Under the pieces are notes generated by a model. That model was given only the letters and a program-made list of their open reading frames with translations, ran no database searches and had not been told where the DNA came from. The translations under genes and the position numbers were made by a program. DNA of 61,865 nt, the filler included, from Trichosphaerium sp. ATCC 40318 (Eukaryota > Protista > Tubulinea), in the NCBI GenBank assembly GCA_038496445.1. It is 3 parts of 3 records of this genome, joined end to end, with 100 filler letters (N's around TTAATTAATTAA, not from the genome) between each part and the next. Parts side by side here need not be neighbours in the genome. Positions count along the whole stretch, not along the records: positions 1 to 13,063 come from JALMLS010000401.1; 2 more parts are not named here. One strand, given 5' to 3'. Within the stretch, counting starts at the first letter, position 1, and each line of letters starts with the position of its first letter. Shown here in pieces: positions 1-12,741 of the stretch.

Positions 1-3000
1 CTATACATCCCTAAACATGAACTAGACGGAGAGACCGCGCTTCATTTTGTAGCAGCCCACGGTACTGTTGACAATACGAGAGTTCTTCTCGCTGAAGGTG
101 CAACGCTTGAAGCGAAGAATAATCGAGGCGATACGCCTTTATTCTATGCTGTAGCAAAACGAAATGAGCCTGTTCTTCAGTTCTTAATTGAGAACGGTAC
201 AAAGAAATATAACCTCATTTTGTTTTATGTCATGCTTTTACTATCATAGGAGCATCTTTGGAAGTAGTAAACAAGGATGGTATAACACCTATCATGCTTG
301 CATCGCTGTTTGGATACGATCTGGATGTTGCAAAGAGTTTAGAAAAGCGTAGGAAACAGGTTTTAAAAGCCGGAGGTGTTGAGGTATGATTTAAAAACTC
401 TGTACTTGCTGCGCCTATGACCAGTTTAACTGTTTTCTTCAACAGTTTATTCCTACAAAAATCCTTTCATCAACATACGACGATGACTCAGTAGGTGGTT
501 GTGTTAACGACTCTTCCGCCACTATCAGTTATAGCCCTAAAGAACTTCCCACTTCCCCAAATACAACACCACGTACCGAATCATTTGTTCACCAATTTGA
601 TGGTATACATACGCTATACGATAAAATAGAACGCGATTGGAACGAGGAGTATCAAGTATGAGATGTGATTGTTTAATGCTTCATTTATTTATTACTAGTC
701 TCTCAAAGAGCAACAATTTAGCGATAAAAGCAAAGAGCTAGAGAGAACATCGCAATTACGACATTTGACCGAAGTAAAAATTTTTAAATACTTCTGAATG
801 CACGCATTAGCTTATACGAATAGGAATTTTCTGCATGCGCCACAGAGACTGCTAAGCGAATTATATCAGAAGTGCACTTGCCTGACTCAAGAAAAACTAT
901 TAAGCCTGTTACCAAGTACAACCCTCATTTATAGCGTTTGGAAAAATACAATTGACTCTTCAGATTTTATTAATTCCTGCTTTTAGTAAACTCGGCGGCG
1001 CTGGTGGAGTTCAAGTACGTATCGTATTACTGTTTCCAAAACGGTTTTTTTAACTTTTTTTGTCTGTTTACAGTTTTTCCACAATTCCATCTTGTTCAAG
1101 TTCCCAAGTGATGGTAGAGGGATATATCAAAACCAAGATGGTGTAAGAAAGACGTGTGGACATGAATTGAAGGGTTTAATGTGCTTGATGGACTGTCGTG
1201 TTGAAGGTAAGACGAAATTAAATAGCATTTTGTAAAACCTTAACTTTTCTTTGAAAAATACATACACTAACAATATTTTTCTTGTCAGCGTTATGTTTTC
1301 CTTTGATGACTATTATTGATTATCGAGGATGGCGTATTCTAGCGGAAGCCATTTTGCCAATTGATAAACAAACTGTTATTTATGGGTCTACAGATGGTGC
1401 TCAGACTATTCATAATAGTAATGATGAAATGGACGAGAAAATGGGGATAGTCGCGAAAATTCTGAATTTAGAACCTGAAGAGGTCTGGAACCGGGATAAG
1501 ACCAAGAAAACGCGGTTGCATGTCTCTTGTGATATCGAGGGGCACCTTGGACGAGATCATAGGTTCTACCTAATCGGTACACCTCTTTAACAAGTCAAAT
1601 TTTTTCAAAAATATCCGTCGTCATTTTTTTGGTTAAAATCGATCACTTACTCTATTTATTTCGTCTGTAATTTACTGTATGGTTTTTTAATAGATACTGC
1701 ACGTGTTATGCCACCGGCTGAACCTATAGCTGGTATTAAACGTGGATTTCTTTTTCAACAACTTCGGCCTGAACTTGTTGTTATGAATTCTGATAGTCTT
1801 TGTGCTGATGCTTTTTCTGGGTTTACTATTTGTAATGCAAAAACACATAAGAAACATATATGTGATGCAACAAGAAGATTAACTAATCATGTCATACCAC
1901 ACTTTGGTCAAGAATTGATGAGAGATAGAAACTTCTTGAAGAAGCTTAATGATCCTACTAATTACGTTTTTCAGCATCTAATCACTGCGCTACATCAGCA
2001 TGGTATAAATGTTCGGTATTTGGTGCGTCTCAGTCTTCTTTTAACTAGGGGTTTCCAACAAAAGAAAATACTGCATGTAACTTACCTGTTTTCCTTTTTT
2101 TGTCTTTGTCTTTTCTTCTCCCGGGGTGGGCTAAATTTTCTTTAGGCTATGTTACGGAATAGTGTACAAGGCGAAGAATTGAGAAAGTTTTTGATGACTG
2201 AGATGGTTGCGCGTGTGCTTAAACATGAACTTCGTTCAAAAATGAGTGAACTTACGCAAACAAATGACGAGGACTTTTTTGTGCTAGTAGCTGACTTCTG
2301 CAACTTGGTTCGTATTCTTTCCTACACTAATTTACGCGGAACTTGTGGTAGTACTTACTTATTACGTACACTAGGTGTTTCAAGATCACCACGACTCGTT
2401 CATGCTTTGGTCAACAACAATACATCATGAACTAAAAAGTCGGTTTGTTGGATGGGATTTAGAGTCTACACAGTCTACTTATCTTAAACAAACATGTGTT
2501 CTCCCTTTCCATACGTTTAAACGGCTTATGGCTCTAACGTGTTTTTCTATTTCGAAGGAACGTGAAGAGTATTTGAAAATGAATTGGAAAAAATTGATTT
2601 CGGGGCGTGGTGATGTCTTATTACGAGCAGCTGATGTAACCAGTCTTGATCCTAAGGTTAAGCATATACATAGGTTGTATTTTGAAGAAGCTACAGCTAT
2701 GCCACATTATGCAATGAATACTAGAAATCAAAAGAACAAAAAACATTTATTTAAAAAAGCTGTTCAAGGTTTTGGAACGGCTATTCGTGCTAAGCCTGGT
2801 GACTTTAGAGCACATCATAACCTTGGTATATCTTACCTATACTTAGCAAAGAATATAACAAAGCTAGATAAAACAAATATTGAGGTACGGCAAGTCTAAG
2901 AAAGGAAGAAAAAAAAGAAGTTCATAAGAACTTTTTTCTTCTTGGTGTTAACTGCTTTCTGCTGTAGGTTGCGGATCAGAATAAGCTGCTACAGGCCCGT

Positions 3001-4430
3001 TATTACCTTGAGAAGTCTGTTTCAATGAGACCTAGAGCTGATACTCTTATTCATTTGGCGGACTGTTGTGTTGAAATTGCAAAAACTCATCACTCTCAAA
3101 AAAAGGCTCTTGATAGTTTGAACAAGGCTTTTACTCACTTTAAGAGCGCTTATAATTTAAAAAAGACTGCTGGTCTTTTTCTTAGTTGGGGTAATGCTAT
3201 AATACAATGTGCGAAGGTACATCTTATTTGGGATAAAACACGTGATGACAAGAAAAAAGAACTTTATGTTGAGGCTTGTTCTTTTTTCAAAAAAGCGCAT
3301 GCTCTTGGTAACAAGAAAAATCATACTATCTTGGTTCAGTGGGCTCTAGCACTTCATGAGATGGCTCTTATGTGCGAAGCAAAACAAAGAGATGTTTTAT
3401 ATTCGAAGGCTATCAGGAAATTCGAAGAAGCAGCAAGTTTTAAAGGAAATTATGAAACTTTTTGGCATTGGGCTAATACATTGTATCGTCATGCCCGATG
3501 TCTTATTGCTGATTGTACTGAAAAAGCGTCAGAGGATAAAGGGTATATAACAATGATTTTATCAATATTAGGATCAGCAGTGGATAAATACAGACGGTAC
3601 TTGAGCTAAACAACAGTTTTAAATCGCTAAACGGAAAAAAAGTTTGGTTGGATTTTTTTTTTGCACGTGTTTTGTTTCGCTTACCTTAATTTTGTAGAAC
3701 AATTCAAGCAAGGCCTACGTGTCGTAAGGCTATTTCAAATTGGGCGAAGGTATTAACGTCTATTTGGGATATATCAGCGAGGTTTGGTCCTCAGAAACAA
3801 ATAGATCGATGTTTTGTTGAACAACTGACGGTTTTTTTGAAAGAGCATCACAAGGTTCATGTACCAGCTAATCAGCGTGAAATACTTTTAAAACAGATTA
3901 CAGGACTTCATCCTGATGTTAAATCTATGGTTGATAATTTTTCACAGCCTCTTGTGAAACATTCACCAAAGCCACTTCAAAATGTATGGCAAACTTCACA
4001 TTCTCAAGAAGCTCCTAAGAGAAGTCACTCTTCAAATGTATTAAGACAAGTTTTCGCATCAGATTCTGTTGGTGCTTATGAACCAAAGGCAAAACGACAG
4101 AAGATTACGAAGGTAATAAGGCTTTTTCTTCTCTCCTCAAAGAGTTTTTCTGGAAATTGTCTTGTTCTTTGTTTACTGACACTTTTTTACAAAGACTGAG
4201 TCACCTGATGACGACATTATTTCTATGACTCAAGATAGTCAAATGGCTGGATAATACAGTCTTTTTCATTTTACACAACCAGCTTCACAACAATTGAATG
4301 TTCTCAGCTTGGTTCTCAACTTGGATCACAACTTGTTTTTCAAATGCCTGTATCTCATACGAATTATCAGCCAGATAACATTGTCAAAAGACGTCCAAGG
4401 TACAATTTTGCTAAGAACACCTCTTCCTAA
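1..4430 (+). CDS. Ankyrin-repeat / Clu-domain / TPR protein, 5'-truncated by the window edge, about 12 introns
   Basis: Ankyrin exons (DGETALHFVAAHG, RGDTPLFYAV, DGITPIMLASLFG). Clu motifs CGHELKGL, LCFPLMTIIDYRGWRILAEAILP, DIEGHLGRDHRFYLI|DTARVMPP, LRPELV, LHQHGINVRYL, EMVARVLK. TPR-like helices at 2700-3800. The last exon has an apparent stop and a frameshift, so the 3' end is uncertain (4254 or 4430). Confidence 0.85.
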
Positions 4431-5438
4431 AGGCTATGAATATCAGAGTTTTGAAAGAGAATGCTGACTCGAAGGTACTTTAATAGGTTTGGTTTTTTTT
4501 TTGCTTAACGAGAATTCAATAGTATATTTTGGCGACCGCTTCAAAGTTGTTCAAGTACATTCAACAAAAGTAATGAGAGGAACCTAGTAGATAGAGTACG
4601 AAGATACCACATGAATATACGATGTCTGACATTGTAACATATGAGAGAAGTTGTAAATATGGTCATACAAAATTTGGTGTTCCAGTTATGGACAAGTAAA
4701 TTTGGAACAGCCATCATTTCTTCTAAAAATAATTTATTGTCCGTGTCATTCGAGTTTACTAATATTTTCTAGAAAGTCAGTTTCTAGCACTTTTATCAGA
4801 TCTAGCAAAAATTGACACTTCTGTCAAATGGTGTAGATCTATCACAATGTGAACTATTTGCGTTACTATGTTGTCCTTCATAGTGTGACTTCAAACAAAC
4901 TTTGCCTCTTTTCGATTGACAAGCCGGCAGAACTACCAAATTCCAAGAATTTCAAAAACTGTCCCAAAAGCGATGCTGCCGTTAACGCAACTAAATTTTC
5001 ATTACAACAATGATGCACGCAAATCCTTTTAACTGTGCTATGCATGTCCAACTAGCAAAGAAAACCTTCAAAATCAAAAAAACACAAAAAAGAACAGCTC
5101 AACATGTTTCCCACACTTATGCTTTCCAGAAGCAGAATTGCACGTACGACTTTACTAAATAAAAGTCTTTAGATATGCGTTTTCTTTTGTTTTGTTCGGT
5201 TCGTTTTAGCTGTTTGCTGTTAGCTCTTAAAATTTTACAACACTACGCATCCTGTGCCAATAGTAACCACGACAATTGTCTAGGCGAACACCTTCATTAC
5301 CTACTGTGACAACATATAATGAAGGAGTTCTTGGGTTGTTTAAAATAGCGACGCCAAAAAAAAACAATGTTTAGTTTATTTTTTACAATAGAGTACGGAG
5401 AACAAAACAGTTTTGGTGGATTATGAAAAGCCATAGCT

Positions 5439-7572
5439 CTAAATGGTTTTGTATGTGATACATAATTTTTCTTCGTCGAGGGGTAAAGAGAACGTCCCTT
5501 CCATGAGCTCATAACATGCTTTACCAAGAGAAATGATAATATCTTTAGTTGGGAAAGTGTGTAATAGTACTCGCTTTCCACGAGTAACGTTGGCATTGAA
5601 ATGGTTGGCCACAAAAGACGAAAATTGACTTACAGTAACAGGTCCCGGAATACCTGAAAATCGAACCTCTTGGACTGTAGGGCGGTGAGCCACAGCCGAC
5701 CAAAGTAGACCATGAATAAAAAAGAAGCTCTCTTTTGAATAGGATAAAGGGATGCTGTCAGAACCTCGCACTGTGATGATATAGGAGCTGCTGGTGATGT
5801 CCAAATCAGCGTTTGCATTTTGTAGCTTTTCTATGATTATTTCTTTGGAGCCATTAATGCGATGAGAGGCTTCCATGAGAAGCTCGTTAAGTTCTTTTTC
5901 AGAAAGAGTATTGATGGCATGAGTAGTAATTGTAACTTTTCTACGATCAGGTTCGGTGCCCCAGATAGTTGTAGGTGTACACCCATTATCGAGTTGTTCT
6001 TTTGTGAGTACGGGTTTACCAAGCAAGTTGATATAGAACGTTGAAGTATGCTTTTTGCCAACAAGCAGAGTCGACAAATTCTCCTTTAATACATCTGAAT
6101 TACTGTTGTGCAAAGTTCGTTGTCTTTTTTGAGAATTGTTAGTAGGCCTAAAATTAATATTAGTAGTTGTAGCTGGAATTGAGACGACGTACTGGTGTGT
6201 ATTTTTTCGCTTATTGGACATTTTCTTCAAGATTTCATTTGAATTACTTTTTTGCAATGTCACAGGCTTTTCTGTTCCTTGTCTTTCTTGAGAATTGTTT
6301 GTAGGCCCAAAATTAATATTAGTAGTTGCAGGCCTTACTTTACATTAACGATTGTAGCTGAAGCTGAGATTAATTTGATAGCGTACTGCTTTGTATTTCT
6401 GTTCCCATGACTTTTGAGGTTCTGTTCTTGTTGGTTTACTTGTTCTTCCGATGTGTAGTATTTTATTATATCTTTGAGCCCTTTGTATTTGGGATTATTA
6501 TGATGGAAAGCTCGGATGGATATCTTAAAAATTTCTTCGTTGGAGTCAACGTGTCTGGTGCTCACAGTGTACGACCCACCACGAGCAAGTGCCAATAACA
6601 AGTTGTATTGTAAATTTCCATCTAATGTTGTTGTAGATGATTGTCGTTTCTCCAATACTGGATGTCTCCCTTCTTTCTTATCATATTTTTTGTTTGGATC
6701 GCCGCAATTGAAAAATAGTGTTTCGCCATCGGTAATATTATGCTTAGCCTTACAGCGAAATTTTACGCTTCGACCTTGTGCCAACATGATCACGAATATC
6801 CATTTAAAACTCCAATCGTAATATTTCCCTTGAGGTGATATTGGTTTGTTGTCACAATTTCGGTTGAAGAAGAGAAAACAGGTTGTAGGATAGGTGTAAA
6901 TTTACATGACTTTTTTTCTCGTATCTTTCCTGGTGGTGATTGATCAAGTTTCAATTGAGCACTTTTCGGCATGAACTTGGTAGTTGTACATTATTTACGT
7001 TTTCTTCGAGCATCGATTGTTCCTCTGTGTTTCCTTGGCGTTGATATGTGCTTAGTATTAGGTTCTCTATTTCATAATCTCCGACAAGGTTTGCTACTTT
7101 GGCTGGTGTCAAACCATCAATTGTAGTTACATGGATGTCAGCTCCTACAATACTAAAGTGAGCGAAGGATATGATTTCACCAAAACAATGAACGTACCTG
7201 CGTTTAAGAGAGTCAACAAACTTTTGTTCACCTATCATCGCGGCTAAGTGCAATGGTGTTTCGTTTCTTTTTGTAGTTTTCGCATTTACGTCTCACTTGT
7301 TGTTTAACAGTAATGTGACAGCGTCATAGTTTTTTTCTCTTACCGCCACGTGAAGCAACGTTTCTCCATCTTTTTTAATGTTAGAAACGGCAGAAAACAA
7401 ACGAATAATGCACCCTTATTTTTTACGCTATGTAAACTAGGGCCACATGCGAGTTCTCCTTCGAGAAATGTAGTTTCCGGTAAGTAAATGAGACCAAATG
7501 CGTCTTATTTAACGTTAGTATTGAGTTAGGGCGTTAGACAAAATATTTTCGCACCTACACGCGAAAGGACAT
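5439..7572 (-). CDS. Ankyrin-repeat protein with an unrecognised central domain and an RRM-like C-terminus; disrupted as assembled
   Basis: Ankyrin motifs DGETLLHVAV, NETPLHLAAMIG, GADIHVTTIDGLTPAKVA. ORFs 6335-6793 and 5439-6263 join if one A is restored at GTAAAG (about 6337). In-frame TGA at 7293-7295. Start uncertain. Confidence 0.6.
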
Positions 7573-7621
7573 CTGATGCTTTGTTTGTTTGAGTGAAAAA
7601 TTTGTTATAAAGGACCAGTTA

Positions 7622-7906
7622 CTCTTTCGTCTACTTAACTGAATTGTTCGGACACGGTGTTTGGATAATGGTACGAACACTTCTGTAATGTACGGACTGG
7701 CTTACGCCGGTCAACTGTAATCAACCAAATAATACACTTAATCTCCTCGAGTTCTCCAAGCACCTTCTCCTGTTATATTTCAGGTAATTTGACGATTAAT
7801 ACTATTTAAATAGCGACTTATCAAACCACCTTCGTCAAATTACCTGAAGTGTTCGTACCATTATCCAAACACGTGTCCGAACAATTCAGTTAAGTAGACG
7901 AAAGAG
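7622..7906. mobile_element. Tc1/mariner-type MITE-like insertion with ~62-bp TIRs and TA flanks
   Basis: TA|CTCTTTCGTCTACTTAACTG...CAGTTAAGTAGACGAAAGAG|TA. The paralogous site at 9412-9494 (reverse strand) lacks the insert. Confidence 0.6.
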
Positions 7907-8075
7907 TAACTGGTCCTTTATCTCGTTATTTGTAACAAAAAAAAAAATTACGTGTAACAAATTTTAATAAAAACCCCTGTTGACCATGACAACATTAATA
8001 CCGCTACATTTGTTACCTATTCCAATAGTTTAAAAGTCGCTTCACGCAAAATAAAACGCAAACCGTTACACAATC

Positions 8076-9383
8076 ATGAAATCGCGTAAACGCCGTGCTA
8101 CTACGCGTCAATTACTGCTTGAATGTGTCAGCCGGACGCAGGAGCAGGTGATAGCCTAAAATCGCTAAAATATCGCGCACTCAGACATAAAACAATCTAA
8201 AAGCCAACAGGAAGAGACAAATGCAAACGACAGAGCAGATTGAAAGCTAAACAAAGTTATTGATGAAGGTTGGCGAGTTTTGACATATGAGCAAATTTTC
8301 CTTCCCCGAAATTGAGCATGTCTCTAAACCCAGTAGCAAAACTGGGAGTTCCAATACAATACAAAGACAGTGTTTGAGTGGTTGGTAATAAGTCAGAGTT
8401 AATTGATAGACTTTTAAAGGCACGTGATCCTACTTTTGAAAACAGCTTTAATATCCATATTAAGCTAGTTTTTGGGGCTGTTCAGCTGTGATACATTCAT
8501 TTTATACAACTCACTTTGATGTTGTTGATCATGCTAATCAAACTAAATGGAGTACTTCAATGCCTGGGCAGTGTATAGAGCAAAACTATCGAATGATTAC
8601 GGGAATTATGAAAATGACAATGACATCCCTGTAGCCATCACATATTACAATATAGTATCCAAGTGTCCTGACCATGATCAAATACATCTTGTACTTGCAA
8701 AGGCCTTGTGTTATGGTGACGTTTTATAATTCTGAATAAATTGTATTTTTTTTTTGTTGGACACTCAAAATACAATCCGAAAAATGCTATCACCAATAGG
8801 TACCTTTAAAAAAGATGGTGTTAGTTGAAGGAGATGCTGTATTTCAGACGATCAAATGATCAATATTGACTAAGTGCACAATATTAGCATAAAAATGAAT
8901 AGTTACAAACACACAAAAGATACAAAAAACCATTTTCTGAACCTGTTTGTAGCTAACTGTAACAAACCTTTTACACCTAGAACTCATATATAAGCAATAT
9001 AAAGACGCTAGAAAGTGAAATTACTAAAAAATTTATTCAAGAGTCTGTGTAGTACATGCGACAACTTTGCAAAAATAAAAAAAAACAATCTCAACAATTT
9101 TTGAGGTGTCTGTCAATTCTGTCATTACACTAAAAAACTTCAAGTTTAATGAGGTTTGTTTAATACCATTCTATTTTATGTGTTGTATATATAAACAACA
9201 ATGCTTGGACAAAAGATGGAATATTATTGCAAACTTTGTAACAAATACCGAAAAAACCCACTAAAATTGGAATCAGTCAGCTGACTTTGCTGGCTTGTTC
9301 ACAAATTCCATGATCGCATCAAAGTATATCCTGCACTTGTAGGCATGATTAAAACGTATATGGCGTTTCTCAAAAAAAAATAA
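8076..9383 (+). pseudogene. Multi-exon helical/TPR-like gene with frame disruptions
   Basis: Exon-like segments MKSRKRR, AITYYNIVSKCPDHDQIHLVLAKAL and PLKLESVS*LCWLVH flanked by GT/AG; several stops and frameshifts. Confidence 0.35.
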
Positions 9384-9492
9384 AACAAGGACACTGAGTC
9401 ACTTGACCCTGAAAAATTTGTTACGCGTAACTTTTTTTTTTGTTAACTGGTCCTTTATAACAAATTGTTCACTCAAACAAACAAAGCATCAG

Positions 9493-9810
9493 ATGGAGAT
9501 AGATGAACGTGAACTTGAAAATACATTGCCACTACCTACTTATGCTACAATCGATGATCATACAGCTATTTCATCCGTTGTAAATTACTATGGTTCTGAA
9601 ATTTGTTCTAAAGTCCCGTATTTAAGACGGAAACCTTGCGTTCGTTTGGTAATAACACTAACAGTGTCAAAACTAACTCTTTGTAGAAAGCTAAAGAAGT
9701 TGCACCACACTACTATGTAAGGTGTACTATTAAAACGGAGCAAGGGCTATCACCGCTTAGACAATTAAAGCTTAGGGAAAACAACTTACCAACAAGTACA
9801 CAAGACTTAC
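9493..9810 (+). CDS. Hypothetical protein (at least two exons; 3' end uncertain)
   Basis: ATG at 9493 (MEIDERELENTLPLP), then a GT-AG intron and an open second exon. Its upstream sequence is shared with the 7572 gene. Confidence 0.35.
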
Positions 9811-10550
9811 GTAATTAATTTGAAGGCGCGTTTTTACGGTTGGATCACGTTTTTTGTGCTGAAATTGCGAACTAAACGCCATAGCACCAAGAGCTTGTTG
9901 ATGTAAGCTAGGCGCATTGTAGAGCTTTTAGTTCAGAAAATTTAATTTGATCGTTTACAACTCAGAGCGCCAGAATAATCTTTCTTATATTTTTTAAGCA
10001 CACATCGCGCTTCTTGGTTTTCACGCGGACGAACTAGTGTTGCTGAAATTTTAACGACTTTACTACGGTGCCCATACTTTCGTAACATGACCGTTATGAT
10101 GTAAATGCGTCTGCAGTAGTGATAAGGCGGAGAAACATGGGCTGAGAAATCGCCAAAAAACTGTCCAGCCCTTTTTTGCCAATTTTACCATAAAAATCCT
10201 TTTGTTTTGCAACTATACGAACTCTACACCACTTGAAAGGGGAGAATATGTACACTTTAAAACGTTTTCACTTTCAAAATCGTTTTTGGCAGGCTTAGCA
10301 GCCGCTAGAGACAAATTACATAAAAAAACGAAATTGTTCTGAATTTTAGCGAATTTTTGATTTAGCAGCGGCCCTTAACCATTTTCTAGCCTCTGCGTGT
10401 GGGTACCCCAATACGCTTTTTTACGCGTAGAGAAACGCTTTACAATACTGAATTCTGCGTTGACGTAACGGCTCATATGTAGATAGGTTGTTTAGAAACA
10501 TACTTTGAACCTCCATTTAACAACCACATAGGCGGAGGAGTGGGAAAACC

Positions 10551-11196
10551 TAGCGATGTTCCAAACGAATAGAATACCGAATCTATCGCCAGAACGTAAA
10601 AAGTTGGAAATAGTCGAATATATTCCGATTCGGTTTTCAGAGAAGAGCGACATGTGAAACTGAAAGTTGTTGGCTTTTTTTTTAATCACCAAGTGCTTTT
10701 TGTTCATCCAAACCACTCTCATATGTTTTAAAATATATAGTTCTATACATAGAGTGGTTGAAAGCCCTATATCGAGTGAGTTTAAGATATCTACATTTTA
10801 GCAGTAAAACTAAGTCACGGTAACCGACACTTTTGTTGTGTGAAATTGTGCCAGTGGTGACGTTTTTTTGACAATTCGAGCCAATCTTGAGCCCGCCACG
10901 TGATATATTTTTTGCTGTCTCAAAACCACTTTTTAGTACTTTCCACGCGTAGAAATAGCCATCACTTTAGGTAAAACATATTTTAACACAATTTTGTAGT
11001 TTTATCTATTCACTTGCTCTATTAAAAAAAAGTCTCAGACGTGTGAGGATGTAAAAAAATGGGTTCAGGACAGCAATATGGATGTAATTTGTGCCGTTTT
11101 GCCTCACCACAAAAAGCGAGAAGAATATATTCGAATAAACCAAGAAAATTTGGTTCAAATACGAATTTTGCAATCTATCCGTTTGGAACATCGCTA
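10551..11196. mobile_element. Non-autonomous hAT-type element (646 bp)
   Basis: TIRs TAGCGATGTTCCAAACG(A/G)ATAGA. Perfect 8-bp target-site duplication GGAAAACC at 10543-10550 and 11197-11204. Confidence 0.85.
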
Positions 11197-11339
11197 GGAA
11201 AACCTAAAATAAAAGTGTGGCACCTAACGTTATTCCTCTAAACTGGAGAATGCAGGGTAGGAAATTATTTTCTTCATAACACTGTGTTTTAGGAGCTGTT
11301 GTAGGCTGTAGCTTTTCCCCTCAATCGAAGGTTTTCTTT

Positions 11340-11815
11340 AGTACAGAGAGGTATTGTGTACAGTATAGATGCGCTTGATCATGAAAATTCTTCGTACATT
11401 GATCAATTCTATATGCCAGTACAAAGTGAACCATGCGCACTATATGTACGAGTACTATCGGGTATGAATCGAATACTCACAACATTTTGCTAAACAGTTC
11501 TATTTGCAGTTAATGTATGGTCAGAAAACCGCGTTGAAGTTTACTATGTGTCAAATGAAACGATTACCATGAACACAAGGTTAAAATAGGTAGTGGCGTA
11601 AACAAGGAGTATAGAACAAGATCGAGTGGAGAAACAATGCAAGTGATAAAGGTATACGTTACATCACACACCCTGCCAAGGCTGTACAGTGTACAAAGGG
11701 GGTTATATCTATTTCTACGATTCCCAAAAGGAGATGGAAGATAAATACACTCATGGGTAAGGAAAGACATACACAGAAAAAAGAGAAAAATCGAATTAAG
11801 GAGCAGCTAAAATGA
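11340..11815 (+). pseudogene. Frameshifted paralog of the YIYFYDS-domain family
   Basis: SGETMQVIKVYVTSH and GCTVYKGGYIYFYDSQKEMEDKY align with ORF 12742-13041. Confidence 0.55.
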
Positions 11816-12250
11816 AAAAAACACGAACCTAAAGGAAAAACAAGATAGTTTGAGTAACATTGCTGTCTGCAATTGTGGAAATCTACAACAACACTAGAGC
11901 ACCAGACAGAGTTAATTTTTTTTGATAAACATCCGAGCTTGTGGTTACAGCTCCACACATGATAAGCGACTAAAAGAAACTAGAGTTTTCTTTTTTTTAA
12001 AAATAGCCAAAGCAATAAAGTACAGCTATTGCCTCGCATACATTTTATTTTCTAAAGTGAGTTCAAAGAGTGCTGCCTTTGTTTAAGGTGACAGTATCCG
12101 ACGTGACTTTTATGTGTAAATTTAGTTACGCCGTGCTCACTAACTCATAGTTGCAATTTCGCCTCTTGCTTAAAACTTCACTGCTAGCGCTCTAGTTTCT
12201 AAAATGGTACTTTATGCGTAGTGTACACAGCTTTAACTCAGTTCCTCCTT

Positions 12251-12428
12251 AAGTGATGTTCCAAACGAATAGAATGCCGAATCTATCGCCAAAACATAAA
12301 AAGTTGGAAATAGGCGACTATTTCGATTCGGTTTGTATCACTTCGAGAAGAATATAATCAATAAAACCAAGAAAATTGTTTTCAAAATTAAATACGAATT
12401 TTGCAATCTATCCGTTTGGACATCGCTA
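12251..12428. mobile_element. Internally deleted copy of the 10551-11196 hAT-type element
   Basis: Both terminal segments are joined without the middle; no TSD is recognisable. Confidence 0.8.
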
Positions 12429-12741
12429 GGCTAATGGTAAATGACTGTGAAACGTCGAACGACTGAAGCTAGAAACAAACGTTTTTGTTTGTGGCATGAA
12501 GATCTAATTATTAGCAACACTAAATAGTTCTGACAGCTATTGACACAGTACAAAATCTTTATTGTTACACGCAAAGTTTGAAATCTAAGAAAGTTCATCA
12601 CTCAATCGTCTACTTGCCTTCTGAAAGAAGCACTCATCGCTATTTTTTATCAGGCAAAGGTGTACTTATCCTTCGTTTTTTTACCACCCTATTTTCTTGT
12701 TTTCTACTTGTGTCAGCAATGATAACAAGAGAAAAAAGTTC

